Shown here in pieces: positions 8,186-16,724 of a stretch of 40,035 bases of DNA. The position numbers and the translations under genes were made by a program. Origin of the DNA: an uncultured Desulfobacca sp. (GTDB taxonomy: Bacteria; Desulfobacterota; Desulfobaccia; Desulfobaccales; Desulfobaccaceae); the NCBI GenBank assembly GCA_937958145.1, contig CALGOE010000179.1, positions 1 through 40,035 of the forward strand. The letters run 5' to 3'. Below the pieces are notes generated by a model. It did no database searches, had not been told where the DNA came from, and saw only the letters and a program-made list of their open reading frames with translations. Every line of letters starts with the position of its first letter. Position 1 is the first letter of the stretch.

Positions 8186-9892
8186 TTATCCCGGTTTGAG
8201 GGCCGGGTTGGGGTCGGGGGAGGGGGCCAGGTGCTCTTCTGTTGCCGCTCTACCCTCGCTTTCTGTCAGGCTCACGCCCTTTCCCGGCAGGCTGGCCAGG
8301 AGCCGCAGCACCCGGCCGGCGGCGCCGCTGGCCTGGCAGACCGTCTCGGATATATCCTGGGGGCCGACGCAGGTTCCCACCAGAAAGACCCCGGGCCGGC
8401 TCGACTCCACCGGATGCAAGAGGGGATGTTGTCCCTGGAAAAAGCCGTGTTCATCCTGGACCGGCGTCCCGTCGGTAAAGGGCGGCGGCGTCGGCGGTCC
8501 GACCAGGCCCACGGCCAGCACCGCCAGGTCCACGGCCAAGGTCCGACGGCCGTGTTGGGGATCGTCGTAGCTGATCAACAGCCCGCCGCCGCCGTCCTCT
8601 GCCACGCGCCCGGGCAGGGCCTTGATGAACTGCACGCCGGCCTCCTGGGCCCGCTGGTAAAGCTCTTCAAAGCCCTTGCCCGGGGTCCGGATATCGTTAT
8701 AAAAAATCGTCACCGCCAGGTTCGGATCGTGCTCCAGGGCCACCATGGCTTCTTTGATGGAGGCGGTGCAGCAATAGCCGGAGCAATAGGGCAGGAAGCG
8801 CCGGTCCCGGGAACCCACGCATTGAATAAAGGCCAAACGCCGCACCGGGGCCGCAGTCGGCGTCACCAGCCGCCCCAGGGTCGGGCCGGAGGCGCTGAGC
8901 AGGCGTTCAAACTCCAGGTTGGTAAGCACCTGCGGCAGCCGGCCATAGCCGTAGATGCTCTTGATGGTCGGATCGAAGGGCTGGGCGCCGGTGGCCACGA
9001 CCACGGCGCTGACCTGCAGGTGGCGGGTCCGGGGCGCATCGTCCAGATTGATGGCCTGCCGGCCGCAGACCTGGGCGCAGAGGCGGCAGTCGATACAATA
9101 CTCTTTTTCTATGGTGGACCGCAACGGCACTGCCTGGGCAAAGATGATACGGATGCATTTGCGGGGTTTCAGGCCCAGGTTCCAGCGGCTGGCCACGATC
9201 ACCGGGCAGACCTCGGCGCAGCTGCCGCAGCCCACACACTTGCTCATGTCCACGTAGCGGGGTTTCAGGGTAACGTCCACCCGGAAAGCCCCGGGCCTGC
9301 CGGACAGGCGCTCCACTTGGGCGTAGGTCAACAACTCGATGTGGGGATGGGTGGCCACCTCCACCAGTTTGGGTCCCAGGATACAGATGGAGCAGTCCAG
9401 GGTGGGAAAGGTCTTGTCCAATTTGGCCATGGTGCCGCCGATGGAGAGGGATTCATCCACTAGATAGACCTTGACCCCGGCCTTGGCCAGGTCCAGGGCG
9501 ACCTCGCAGCCTCCAACCCCGCCGCCGATGACCAGGACCGCGGGCGGCCCTGGCGGCAACGGCGCCGGCGGCTCTGTTCCGTGGACCGCGGCCAGGAGCA
9601 ATTCGCTGGCCGCCGCCACCGGATCCCGCCAGGCCCAAAGATCGACCACCGGCACATGCATGGCTGTCAGGAGTCGAAAGAACCGATGGCTCAACTCCGG
9701 CCCGCACGCGGCCAGGACAAAATCCTGGGGTGCCTTGGCCAGGATGTCCTGCAGCCTGGCCAACCCCGCCGGCGTGCAACAGGGCGCCAGGATCTCCGCA
9801 GACAGATCCTGGGCAGCCAGTTCAGCCAGGACCGCCGCCAGATCCACCTTGAGGTCAGGACAGTTGCAGAGGAGGAGCTTTTTCTTTGCCAT
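8186..9892 (-). CDS. hdrA: Heterodisulfide reductase subunit A-like flavo-iron-sulfur protein (no C-terminal ferredoxin or MvhD)
   Basis: VLVIGGGVGG, KLDKTFPTLDCSICILGPK, inserted 2x[4Fe-4S] domain, LEFERL, FIQCVGSRD...YCSGYCCTASIK, GVFLVGTCVGPQDI. ATG 9892 preferred over TTG 9940. Confidence 0.88.
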   Translation of the reverse strand: MAKKKLLLCNCPDLKVDLAAVLAELAAQDLSAEILAPCCTPAGLARLQDILAKAPQDFVLAACGPELSHRFFRLLTAMHVPVVDLWAWRDPVAAASELLLAAVHGTEPPAPLPPGPPAVLVIGGGVGGCEVALDLAKAGVKVYLVDESLSIGGTMAKLDKTFPTLDCSICILGPKLVEVATHPHIELLTYAQVERLSGRPGAFRVDVTLKPRYVDMSKCVGCGSCAEVCPVIVASRWNLGLKPRKCIRIIFAQAVPLRSTIEKEYCIDCRLCAQVCGRQAINLDDAPRTRHLQVSAVVVATGAQPFDPTIKSIYGYGRLPQVLTNLEFERLLSASGPTLGRLVTPTAAPVRRLAFIQCVGSRDRRFLPYCSGYCCTASIKEAMVALEHDPNLAVTIFYNDIRTPGKGFEELYQRAQEAGVQFIKALPGRVAEDGGGGLLISYDDPQHGRRTLAVDLAVLAVGLVGPPTPPPFTDGTPVQDEHGFFQGQHPLLHPVESSRPGVFLVGTCVGPQDISETVCQASGAAGRVLRLLASLPGKGVSLTESEGRAATEEHLAPSPDPNPALKPG

Positions 9893-9965
9893 AGGTCTCT
9901 GGTGCAGGCCCTCTGTACCAAAACAGAGGGGCAGTGGCAATGAGGTTGAGGGGGAGACAAGAAAT

Positions 9966-12314
9966 TTATTCTTTTATCTCATCCCGATGGTCCATTTCCT
10001 GATACTCATTTGCAGCCTGCAGTTCTGCCAGTTTTGCGGTCAGCGCCACCATGAGCTGCTGGAAGGCCCGGCCTTCGGTGGCCGAGAGCCAGGCCATCTG
10101 CAGGCGTTCCGGGTTAAGGCCCTGTTTGGCCAGCTTGGCTTTGAGTTTTTCCATGCGGGCTTTGGCGTGGATGTTGCCGGAAAGATAATGGCAGTCGCTG
10201 GGGAGACGGCAGCCGCTGACCAGGACCAGGCCGGCGCCTTTGGCCAGGGCGTATTCCACCAGTTTGGGGTGGACCCGCCCGGCGCACATGGTGCGGATCA
10301 GCCGGACGTGGGGCGGGTATTGGAGCCGGGACACGCCGGCAAAATCCGCGCCGGCATAGGAACACCAGTTGCAGGCAAAGGCCAGGATTTTTTCCTGGGG
10401 GTTCTCGGCCAGGGCCGCATCGATTTGGGCCAACAGCATGTCATCGGTAAAGCCGTGGGCAATGACGGCGCCGGCCGGACAGGCCCCGGCGCAGACGCCG
10501 CAGCCTTTGCAGGCTGAAGTAATGACCTGGGCGATGGTCTTGTCATCGTGGGTCTGCAAGTCGATGGCCTGGAAAGGGCATTGTTTGAAGCAGCGTTGAC
10601 AGCCGGTGCATTTCTCCGGGTCGATTTCACAGACGATGCCGTCCAGGGTCAGGCTGTCATGGGCCAATAATCCCATGACCTTGGCGGCGGCGCCGCTGGC
10701 CTGGGCCATGGTGGCGGCCAGGTCCTTGGGGCCTTGACAGGCCCCGGCCAGGAAGACGCCGTCGAGGACCGTCTCCAGGGGCCGGAGCTTGGGGTGGGCC
10801 TCCAGAAAAAAGCCGTCTTCCCCCACGGGCAATTTCAAGGTCTCCTGGAGGGGCCGACCCTCGCCGGGGGTCAGACCCACCATCAGGATGGCCAACTCCA
10901 CCCTGTCTTCGCTGGGCACCCCGAGAAGCTCGTTGTCCGCCTCGATTGTGAGCCGGCCGGCTTCGGCCCGGATGTCCCGGACCGGTCCCCGCAGGAAGAG
11001 GATGCCGGCCTGCCGGGCCCTGGTATAAAGCTCCTCCCACTCCCGGCGCACGGTGCGGATATCCCGATAATAAATCCGGATACGGGCCTGGGGATAGCGG
11101 CTTTTCAGTTCCAGGGCCTGTTTCAGGGCGGTGGGACAGCAGACCCGGGAGCAGTAGCGGTTGCCTTCGGCCTCCCGGGAGCCGACGCAGAGAATGAAGG
11201 CAATATCCTGGGGGTTGGCGGTAGGGATGAGGGTCTGGGTTGGCTCTTTCTCCAGGGCGGCCAGTCTTGCCTCCAGCTCCACCGAAGTCAAAACTCCGGG
11301 CAGGCTGGCCCAGGCTGCATAGCGGCTGCCCGTGGGGTTGAAGGGCGTCAAGCCGGTGGCCACCACCAACGTGCCCACCTGGAAATGATACTGTTGCGGC
11401 TCAACTGTCAGGCGGATGGCCTGGTGCGGGCAGACCGGCACACAGGCCCCGCAGCCGGTGCAGCGGGCCCCGTCGATGATAAAGCCGCCGGGGAAAGCAG
11501 ATTCGGAGGGCAAATAGATGGCAGCCCGTCCCTCCTCCTGTTCCGGGCAGACTTCCTGGCAGCGGCCGCAGGCATCACAGGCCGCGCTCACCTGCCGGGG
11601 GAGTTGGCTCACTTCCACCTGATAGCTTCCCAAATGGCCGCGGATCGCCGTCACCTCGCTTGCCACCAGCAGGGTGATGCGGGGATGGAGACTGACCGCC
11701 GCCATCAAGGGATTGATCAGGGTAAAGGCCCTTTGGCCGTGGGGAAAGGTGCGGAACAGGGCATTGGCCCACCCCCCCAGGATGGGCTTTTTCTCGACCA
11801 GGATAACGTCATGACCGGCTTCGGCAATATCCAGGGCGGCCCGCAGCCCGGCCGGGCCACCGCCGATAACCAGGGCCCGTTTGGTCACCGGCACCTGCCG
11901 CTCAGAGAGCGGTTGGGCCAGGAGTACTTTGGCCACTCCCATGCCGATGAGGTCCAGGGCCTTGGCTGCCGCCGCCTGGGGATCCAGGGCGTGGACCCAG
12001 GAACACTGCTCCCGGATGTTCACTATCTCCAGAAAATATGGATTCAGGCCGGCTTCGGCCAACAGCCGCCGGAAAGTCAATTCGTGCATCTTGGGGGAGC
12101 AGGCGGCGATGACCACCCGATTGAGGCGGTTGGCGGTGATATCGTCGAGGATTTCTTTCTGGCCGGCCTCGGAACAACTATAGAGCTGGTGGCGGCTGAC
12201 GACCACCCCGGGCAGCTGCTGCCCCCGGGCCGCCAGGGTGCCCGGTCGGAGGACCCCGGCGATATTCAGACCACAGTGACAGATATAGAGGCCGAGGCGG
12301 CGTGAATCAGGCAT
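9966..12314 (-). CDS. hdrA: HdrA-MvhD fusion protein
   Basis: YICHCGLNI, AACSP, NIREQCSWVH, GGGPAG, CVGSR..YCSRVCC, EAHPKLRP, C-terminal ferredoxin, then MvhD domain (FACNWCSYAGAD...MCAGRV...GC..SDCHY). Confidence 0.92.
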   Translation of the reverse strand: MPDSRRLGLYICHCGLNIAGVLRPGTLAARGQQLPGVVVSRHQLYSCSEAGQKEILDDITANRLNRVVIAACSPKMHELTFRRLLAEAGLNPYFLEIVNIREQCSWVHALDPQAAAAKALDLIGMGVAKVLLAQPLSERQVPVTKRALVIGGGPAGLRAALDIAEAGHDVILVEKKPILGGWANALFRTFPHGQRAFTLINPLMAAVSLHPRITLLVASEVTAIRGHLGSYQVEVSQLPRQVSAACDACGRCQEVCPEQEEGRAAIYLPSESAFPGGFIIDGARCTGCGACVPVCPHQAIRLTVEPQQYHFQVGTLVVATGLTPFNPTGSRYAAWASLPGVLTSVELEARLAALEKEPTQTLIPTANPQDIAFILCVGSREAEGNRYCSRVCCPTALKQALELKSRYPQARIRIYYRDIRTVRREWEELYTRARQAGILFLRGPVRDIRAEAGRLTIEADNELLGVPSEDRVELAILMVGLTPGEGRPLQETLKLPVGEDGFFLEAHPKLRPLETVLDGVFLAGACQGPKDLAATMAQASGAAAKVMGLLAHDSLTLDGIVCEIDPEKCTGCQRCFKQCPFQAIDLQTHDDKTIAQVITSACKGCGVCAGACPAGAVIAHGFTDDMLLAQIDAALAENPQEKILAFACNWCSYAGADFAGVSRLQYPPHVRLIRTMCAGRVHPKLVEYALAKGAGLVLVSGCRLPSDCHYLSGNIHAKARMEKLKAKLAKQGLNPERLQMAWLSATEGRAFQQLMVALTAKLAELQAANEYQEMDHRDEIKE

Positions 12315-12393
12315 GGGAAAGACGGTTTCCAGTCGGCACGGTCCGAGTTAAAGCGATCCTGAGCAAATCAGCCCCCCGGTATGAAGGTTTCCT

Positions 12394-13239
12394 CTAGCAG
12401 CCGCTCACTAACTTGCCCACGGCTGTGTCCCAGGCCTTAGAGTATTCCCCGGGGGCGGCCACTATTTCCTGCCGGACAAGGGTTATGGCCCCCTCCGGGC
12501 AGATGTTGCGGCAGACGCCGCAAAGGCTGCAGGTGTCGGCTTTCATCCGGACCCGCTCCCCTTCCCGGACGATGAGTTTAACGGGGCAGAGGTCAATGCA
12601 CTTGCGACAGTCCGGTGGGCAAAGGGTGTCGTGGATAAGCACCTGGCCGATAAATTTGGGCACGATTTGAATAGCCTGGGTGCGGCAGACCTGCAGACAT
12701 TGCTGGCAGCGCAGGCATTCGGCCGGGTTCGGGAAGACGTGGCTGCCGTCTGCGGCCAATTGCACCACCTGACGGGGGCAGGCATTGAGACAGAGCCGGC
12801 AGGATTTCGGGCACTCGGCCAGGGTATTGGCCACGAGCTGGCGTTCGCGGCGGCACCAATGGACCTCGCCCTCGGGCAGCGGCGGGCAGGGCTCCGGGCA
12901 TTTTTCGGCATCCAGGGTAATGGGCGGATAAAAGGGGGCTACGCCCCGGTTGTCGGCCAGAATGGCCTTGGGGCGGCCGTTATAAAGCAGGGTGACAGCC
13001 CCGGTGGGACAGAAATGGGAGCACACTTCACAAAGAACGCACAGCCGCGGCTCAATGGTGATGTCCAGGGTCGCCTCACCGGCCAACAGACGCACCGCCT
13101 GCCGCGGGCAGACCGTGGAGCAGATCTCGCACTTCAGACAGCGCCCTTTATCCAACACCAGGCTGACCTGGTCCGCATACATGACCAGGGATAATTCCAG
13201 CCGCTGCGTTGTTTCCCGTTTCCTGATGGCCCCAAACAT
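12394..13239 (-). CDS. Polyferredoxin (FwdF/MvhB-like)
   Basis: About six CxxCxxCxxxCP-type motifs in three ferredoxin pairs, including variant CPxxC/CPPDC motifs. ATG 13239 or GTG 13248. Confidence 0.85.
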   Translation of the reverse strand: MFGAIRKRETTQRLELSLVMYADQVSLVLDKGRCLKCEICSTVCPRQAVRLLAGEATLDITIEPRLCVLCEVCSHFCPTGAVTLLYNGRPKAILADNRGVAPFYPPITLDAEKCPEPCPPLPEGEVHWCRRERQLVANTLAECPKSCRLCLNACPRQVVQLAADGSHVFPNPAECLRCQQCLQVCRTQAIQIVPKFIGQVLIHDTLCPPDCRKCIDLCPVKLIVREGERVRMKADTCSLCGVCRNICPEGAITLVRQEIVAAPGEYSKAWDTAVGKLVSGC

Positions 13240-13362
13240 GATTCCCACGCTGCCGCCACGTCGCCGTGGAGGCTATAATTTCACTATATCACCAGCGGTC
13301 GGATCGGGCAAGGACCGATGACAGGCCGGACAGCGCCGCCGCCCCCCGGCTGCGGCAGTCCC

Positions 13363-14013
13363 TCAGGTTGACTGATAGAGCTTGATCCGGTTCCGCCCTT
13401 TTTTTTTGGCCGCCAGCAGGGCATCGTCGGCATACTGGACAATGCGGTCAGGGTTGTCAACGGCGCCGACCTCGGCGCCGTTCAGGTGGGCCACGCCGAT
13501 GCTCACCGTGACCCGAATGGACTGCCCTTTGGCGCTCACCGTCTCGTGGTTCTGGATCATCTCCCGGACCCGTTCGGCAATGGCGAACGCGCCGTGGGCA
13601 TCGGTTTCCGGTAACAGGACAATCATTTCCTCGCCGCCATAGCGGCCGGCCAGGTCGCTCTGGCGGCACTGGGTCTTGAGAATATGAGCAATTTCCTTTA
13701 GGACTTGATCCCCGGCGAGATGACCATAGGTATCGTTCACCTGCTTGAAATGGTCCAGGTCCAAAATCAAGCAACTCAAAGGCCGTTGGTAGCGTTTGGC
13801 CCGCTCCAGTTCCTGTTGAAAACGCACGAAGAAATAACGCCGGTTATACAGTTGGGTCAGATCATCGATGGTGGCCAGGGCTATTAACTTCTGTTGGGCC
13901 TCTTTGACCTTCCGCAGCAGCCGGTTGATAAAACAGTAGGCCACCCCGGCCAGGAGAATGAGCAGGGCCAGAATGAGAACGATCAGGTTGCAAGCCGTTG
14001 TCGAGAGATTCAT
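13363..14013 (-). CDS. Membrane-anchored diguanylate cyclase (GGDEF)
   Basis: One TM helix, D.LT.LYNRR, DLDHFKQVNDTYGH..GD, RQSD I-site, RYGGEEM active site. Start reassigned to ATG 14013 (GGAAGG upstream). Confidence 0.88.
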   Translation of the reverse strand: MNLSTTACNLIVLILALLILLAGVAYCFINRLLRKVKEAQQKLIALATIDDLTQLYNRRYFFVRFQQELERAKRYQRPLSCLILDLDHFKQVNDTYGHLAGDQVLKEIAHILKTQCRQSDLAGRYGGEEMIVLLPETDAHGAFAIAERVREMIQNHETVSAKGQSIRVTVSIGVAHLNGAEVGAVDNPDRIVQYADDALLAAKKKGRNRIKLYQST

Positions 14014-14084
14014 GGCAATTTCTGACCTTCCGGCCCCGCTCCCGGGCCAGGTTGGGGGGCTGGGCCGCCATCGCCCCGAAAGCA

Positions 14085-14319
14085 CTTTCTCCCAATGCCG
14101 GATGGTCTCCCGGACATCAACGCCGTCCAATAACGAGGCGACAAAAGGCTGCACCCGCCGGTTCTGTCCCGATAACAGATTCTTGGCCTTCTGCTCAACA
14201 AAGCCGCCGAACCCTGCCACCACCAGATCTTCCGGGGGGTGGGAGCAGAGACTCTCCCCCTGCCGGGTCTGACGCCATTGCCCCGGCTGCCGTTCCCGGG
14301 GACGGCGCCGGCCCGGCAT
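14085..14319 (-). pseudogene. Relic of an unrelated conserved hypothetical gene, in frame upstream of the GGDEF gene
   Basis: Reads ...LCSHPPEDLVVAGFGGFVEQKAKNLLS...VQPFVASLLDGVDVRETIRHW. I recall this as an internal segment of a large hypothetical protein family found next to MoxR ATPases; flanking parts are absent. Confidence 0.5.
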
Positions 14320-14437
14320 GGGCAGGAGGTTTTATGTCTAAAGGCAACGCCGTTGGCAGAGCTGGGCGGTTGCACCTTGATGATGCCAGGAAGCCGGGGA
14401 GAGGCTTTGCCGAACCAGCCAAGCCCTTGCTCTAACC

Positions 14438-15442
14438 TCAAATCGGCATCGCCAGGACGGCGGCGCCATTGATTTTTCCGGCCTTGAGGAGCTGCAAGGC
14501 GGTATTGGCCTCTGCCAGGGGGAACTCCTGGATTTCCGTGCGCAAGGGGATCTGCGCGGCCAAAGCCAATAATTCTTCCCCATCCCGGCGGGTGCTGGCC
14601 GTCACCGAGCGCACGTTTTTTTCATAATACAGGTGCTTGTCATAATCCAGGGGTGGAATCTGGGACATGTGGATGCCGGCCAGGGCCAAAGTCCCGCCCT
14701 TGTCCAGGACCCGCAGGGCTTCGGGCACCAGCTGCCCGGCCGGGGCAAAGATGATGGCGCTGTCCAGGGGCGCCGGCGGGGTGTCCTGGGCCTGACCGAC
14801 CCAGGCCGCTCCCAACTGTCGGGCCAACTCCTGGTGGCCGGGACTGCGGGTAAAGACATATACTTCGCATTGCCAGTGGCGGGCGATCTGGATGGCCAGA
14901 TGGGCCGAGCCGCCGAAACCATAGAGACCCAGACGGCCGCCCGGCTTGATGTCGCTGCGTTTCAGGGCCCGGTAGCCGATAATGCCGGCACAGAGCAGGG
15001 GCGCGGCGTTGGCGGCCGGGAAATCCTCCGGCAGGCGATAGGCAAAGGCGGCGGGCGCCACCATGAGCTGGGCATAGCCGCCATCCAGATGAAAACCGGT
15101 AAACTGCGCCCGCTCGCACAGGTTCTCCAAGTCCCGGCGGCAGAAGCGGCACTCTCCGCAGGCCCAACGCAGCCAGGCCAACCCCACCCGGTCGCCTACC
15201 TGGAAACGGTCGGTGCGGGGGCCCAGCTCCATAACCTGGCCCACCACCTGATGCCCTGGAATCAGGGGAAGCCGGGCCAACGGCAGTTCCCCCTCAACGA
15301 TATGCAGATCGGTATGGCAGACGCCGCAATACTGGACTCTGACCACCATCTCCCCCGGACCCGGCAACGGCGGCGGTAACTCCTGCAACAGGAGAGGGTT
15401 GGTGGTGATGGGACCGGGAAACTCCAAAACCATGGCTTGCAT
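14438..15442 (-). CDS. Zinc-dependent alcohol dehydrogenase (MDR family)
   Basis: CGVCHTD, PGHQVVG, CGECRFC....ENLC, LCAGIIGYR, GLYGFGGSAH. Confidence 0.92.
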   Translation of the reverse strand: MQAMVLEFPGPITTNPLLLQELPPPLPGPGEMVVRVQYCGVCHTDLHIVEGELPLARLPLIPGHQVVGQVMELGPRTDRFQVGDRVGLAWLRWACGECRFCRRDLENLCERAQFTGFHLDGGYAQLMVAPAAFAYRLPEDFPAANAAPLLCAGIIGYRALKRSDIKPGGRLGLYGFGGSAHLAIQIARHWQCEVYVFTRSPGHQELARQLGAAWVGQAQDTPPAPLDSAIIFAPAGQLVPEALRVLDKGGTLALAGIHMSQIPPLDYDKHLYYEKNVRSVTASTRRDGEELLALAAQIPLRTEIQEFPLAEANTALQLLKAGKINGAAVLAMPI

Positions 15443-15485
15443 CGCTTTATCCTTGCCTGTAAGATGAAGATGCGAATCACTATCT

Positions 15486-15619
15486 AGTGCTCATCCGAAA
15501 AGTCCAAAAATACAGGGTAGCCTTGGGAGGGGCGAGTCTCAGACCCGCCCCTATCAAAAGACTTTTGCCTCAGTGGCCTCGCCTTCCATGAACCACGTGT
15601 ACGTTTCCGGATGGGCACT
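15486..15619. mobile_element. 134-bp MITE with 16-bp TIRs, ATCT target duplication and internal REP-like hairpin
   Basis: AGTGCTCATCCGAAAA ... TTTCCGGATGGGCACT (14/16 complementary), flanked by ATCT at 15482-15485 and 15620-15623. Hairpin AGGGGCGAGTCT-C-AGACCCGCCCCT at 15528-15552. Confidence 0.75.
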
Positions 15620-15767
15620 ATCTTTGTATCATATCGTGCCGCTGAGGTCACGTAGAAGTGCCGGTCCAGACCATGGGGAGCGGCCAGGCAGAGGACGATC
15701 AGGCATTTAAGTCGCAATCTGCAAAAAAAGACGGCACGACCATACACTTTAGGCAAAAGGAGGGAGT

Positions 15768-16676
15768 ATGCGTCTCGGGGTGTTGATCAGGGCGGCCAGA
15801 CTGCCCTTTCTTACCGGTTCCCTGATGCCGGTGGCCCTGGCCGGGGCCCTGGCGGTCTATGAACAGACCTGGGAAGGGTTCTGGTATTTTTTCCTGACCG
15901 TTCTGGGTGTGGCCGGCCTGCACACCGGCGGCAATCTCATCAATGATTATTACGATTCCTTTGGCAGCGATCCCCTGAACCAATATGCCACGCCCTTCAG
16001 CGGCGGCAGCCGGGTCATCCAGAACGGTGAGATGAGCGCCGTCACGGTCCGCAACCTGGCCTATGCCTGCCTGGGACTGGGGGTTTTCTGCGGTCTGGTG
16101 CTGGTCTCTTCCGGCCGGCCCTGGGTAGCCCTCCTGGGGCTGTTCGGTCTGGCCGCCGCCTATCTCTATTCCGCCGCCCCGGTCCAGTTGATGAGCAAAG
16201 GTCTGGGCGAGATGACCATCTTCCTGGCCTTTGGCCCCATCCTGACTTTGGGGGCCTATTACGCCCTCACCGGCAGCGTGAGCGCCGCCGCCTTCTATCT
16301 CGGCCTGCCCCTGGCCTTCCTGATCACCGCCATCCTCTGGATCAATGAGTTCCCGGACCTGGAGGCGGACCGCGCCGCGGCCAAAGAACACCTGGTCGTC
16401 CGCCTGGGTCTGGACCGGGCCAGGCTGGTTTATGCCGGCCTCATGTTGGCGCCTTTTCTCTGTCTGCCCTTTCTCAGGCAGCTCTTCCATTTCCCCGGCC
16501 ATCTCTTCGCCGGTCTGGTGGCCCTCCCCTTGGCGGTGAACGCCATCCGGCAGATCCGGGGCACGGACCCCACGGACGAAGCCTTTGTGGCCATCCAGGC
16601 CCTCACCATTCAAACCCATTTTCTCCTGGGTCTGGCCTTAACCTTGGCCTTTTTGTACGCGGCCTGGCTGGGGTAG
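15768..16676 (+). CDS. menA: 1,4-dihydroxy-2-naphthoate polyprenyltransferase (UbiA family)
   Basis: AARLPFLT, NLINDYYD..GSD, FSGGSRVIQ, YSAAP..L..KGLGE, INEFPDLEAD..A.K..LVVRLG; SD AGGAGG. Confidence 0.85.
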   Translation: MRLGVLIRAARLPFLTGSLMPVALAGALAVYEQTWEGFWYFFLTVLGVAGLHTGGNLINDYYDSFGSDPLNQYATPFSGGSRVIQNGEMSAVTVRNLAYACLGLGVFCGLVLVSSGRPWVALLGLFGLAAAYLYSAAPVQLMSKGLGEMTIFLAFGPILTLGAYYALTGSVSAAAFYLGLPLAFLITAILWINEFPDLEADRAAAKEHLVVRLGLDRARLVYAGLMLAPFLCLPFLRQLFHFPGHLFAGLVALPLAVNAIRQIRGTDPTDEAFVAIQALTIQTHFLLGLALTLAFLYAAWLG

Positions 16677-16724
16677 GACAAAAAAACAGGGGAAAAAGAG
16701 AGGATAAGAGAAAAGAATATAGGT

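Noticed and set aside
8171-12305. Long plus-strand ORFs (430, 348 and 523 aa) opposite the hdrA genes, and similar antisense ORFs across the window
   Set aside because: Shadow frames of GC-rich coding genes; no motifs and no SD.
8186-12314. qmoAB call, or selenocysteine recoding in HdrA/MvhD
   Set aside because: No aprAB or qmoC nearby and the smaller HdrA has an inserted ferredoxin domain unlike QmoA. No in-frame TGA; the relevant positions are Cys.
14334-14435. 33-aa plus-strand ORF with AGGAGG SD
   Set aside because: Spacer is only 4 nt, it is antisense to the gene relic, and nothing else supports it.
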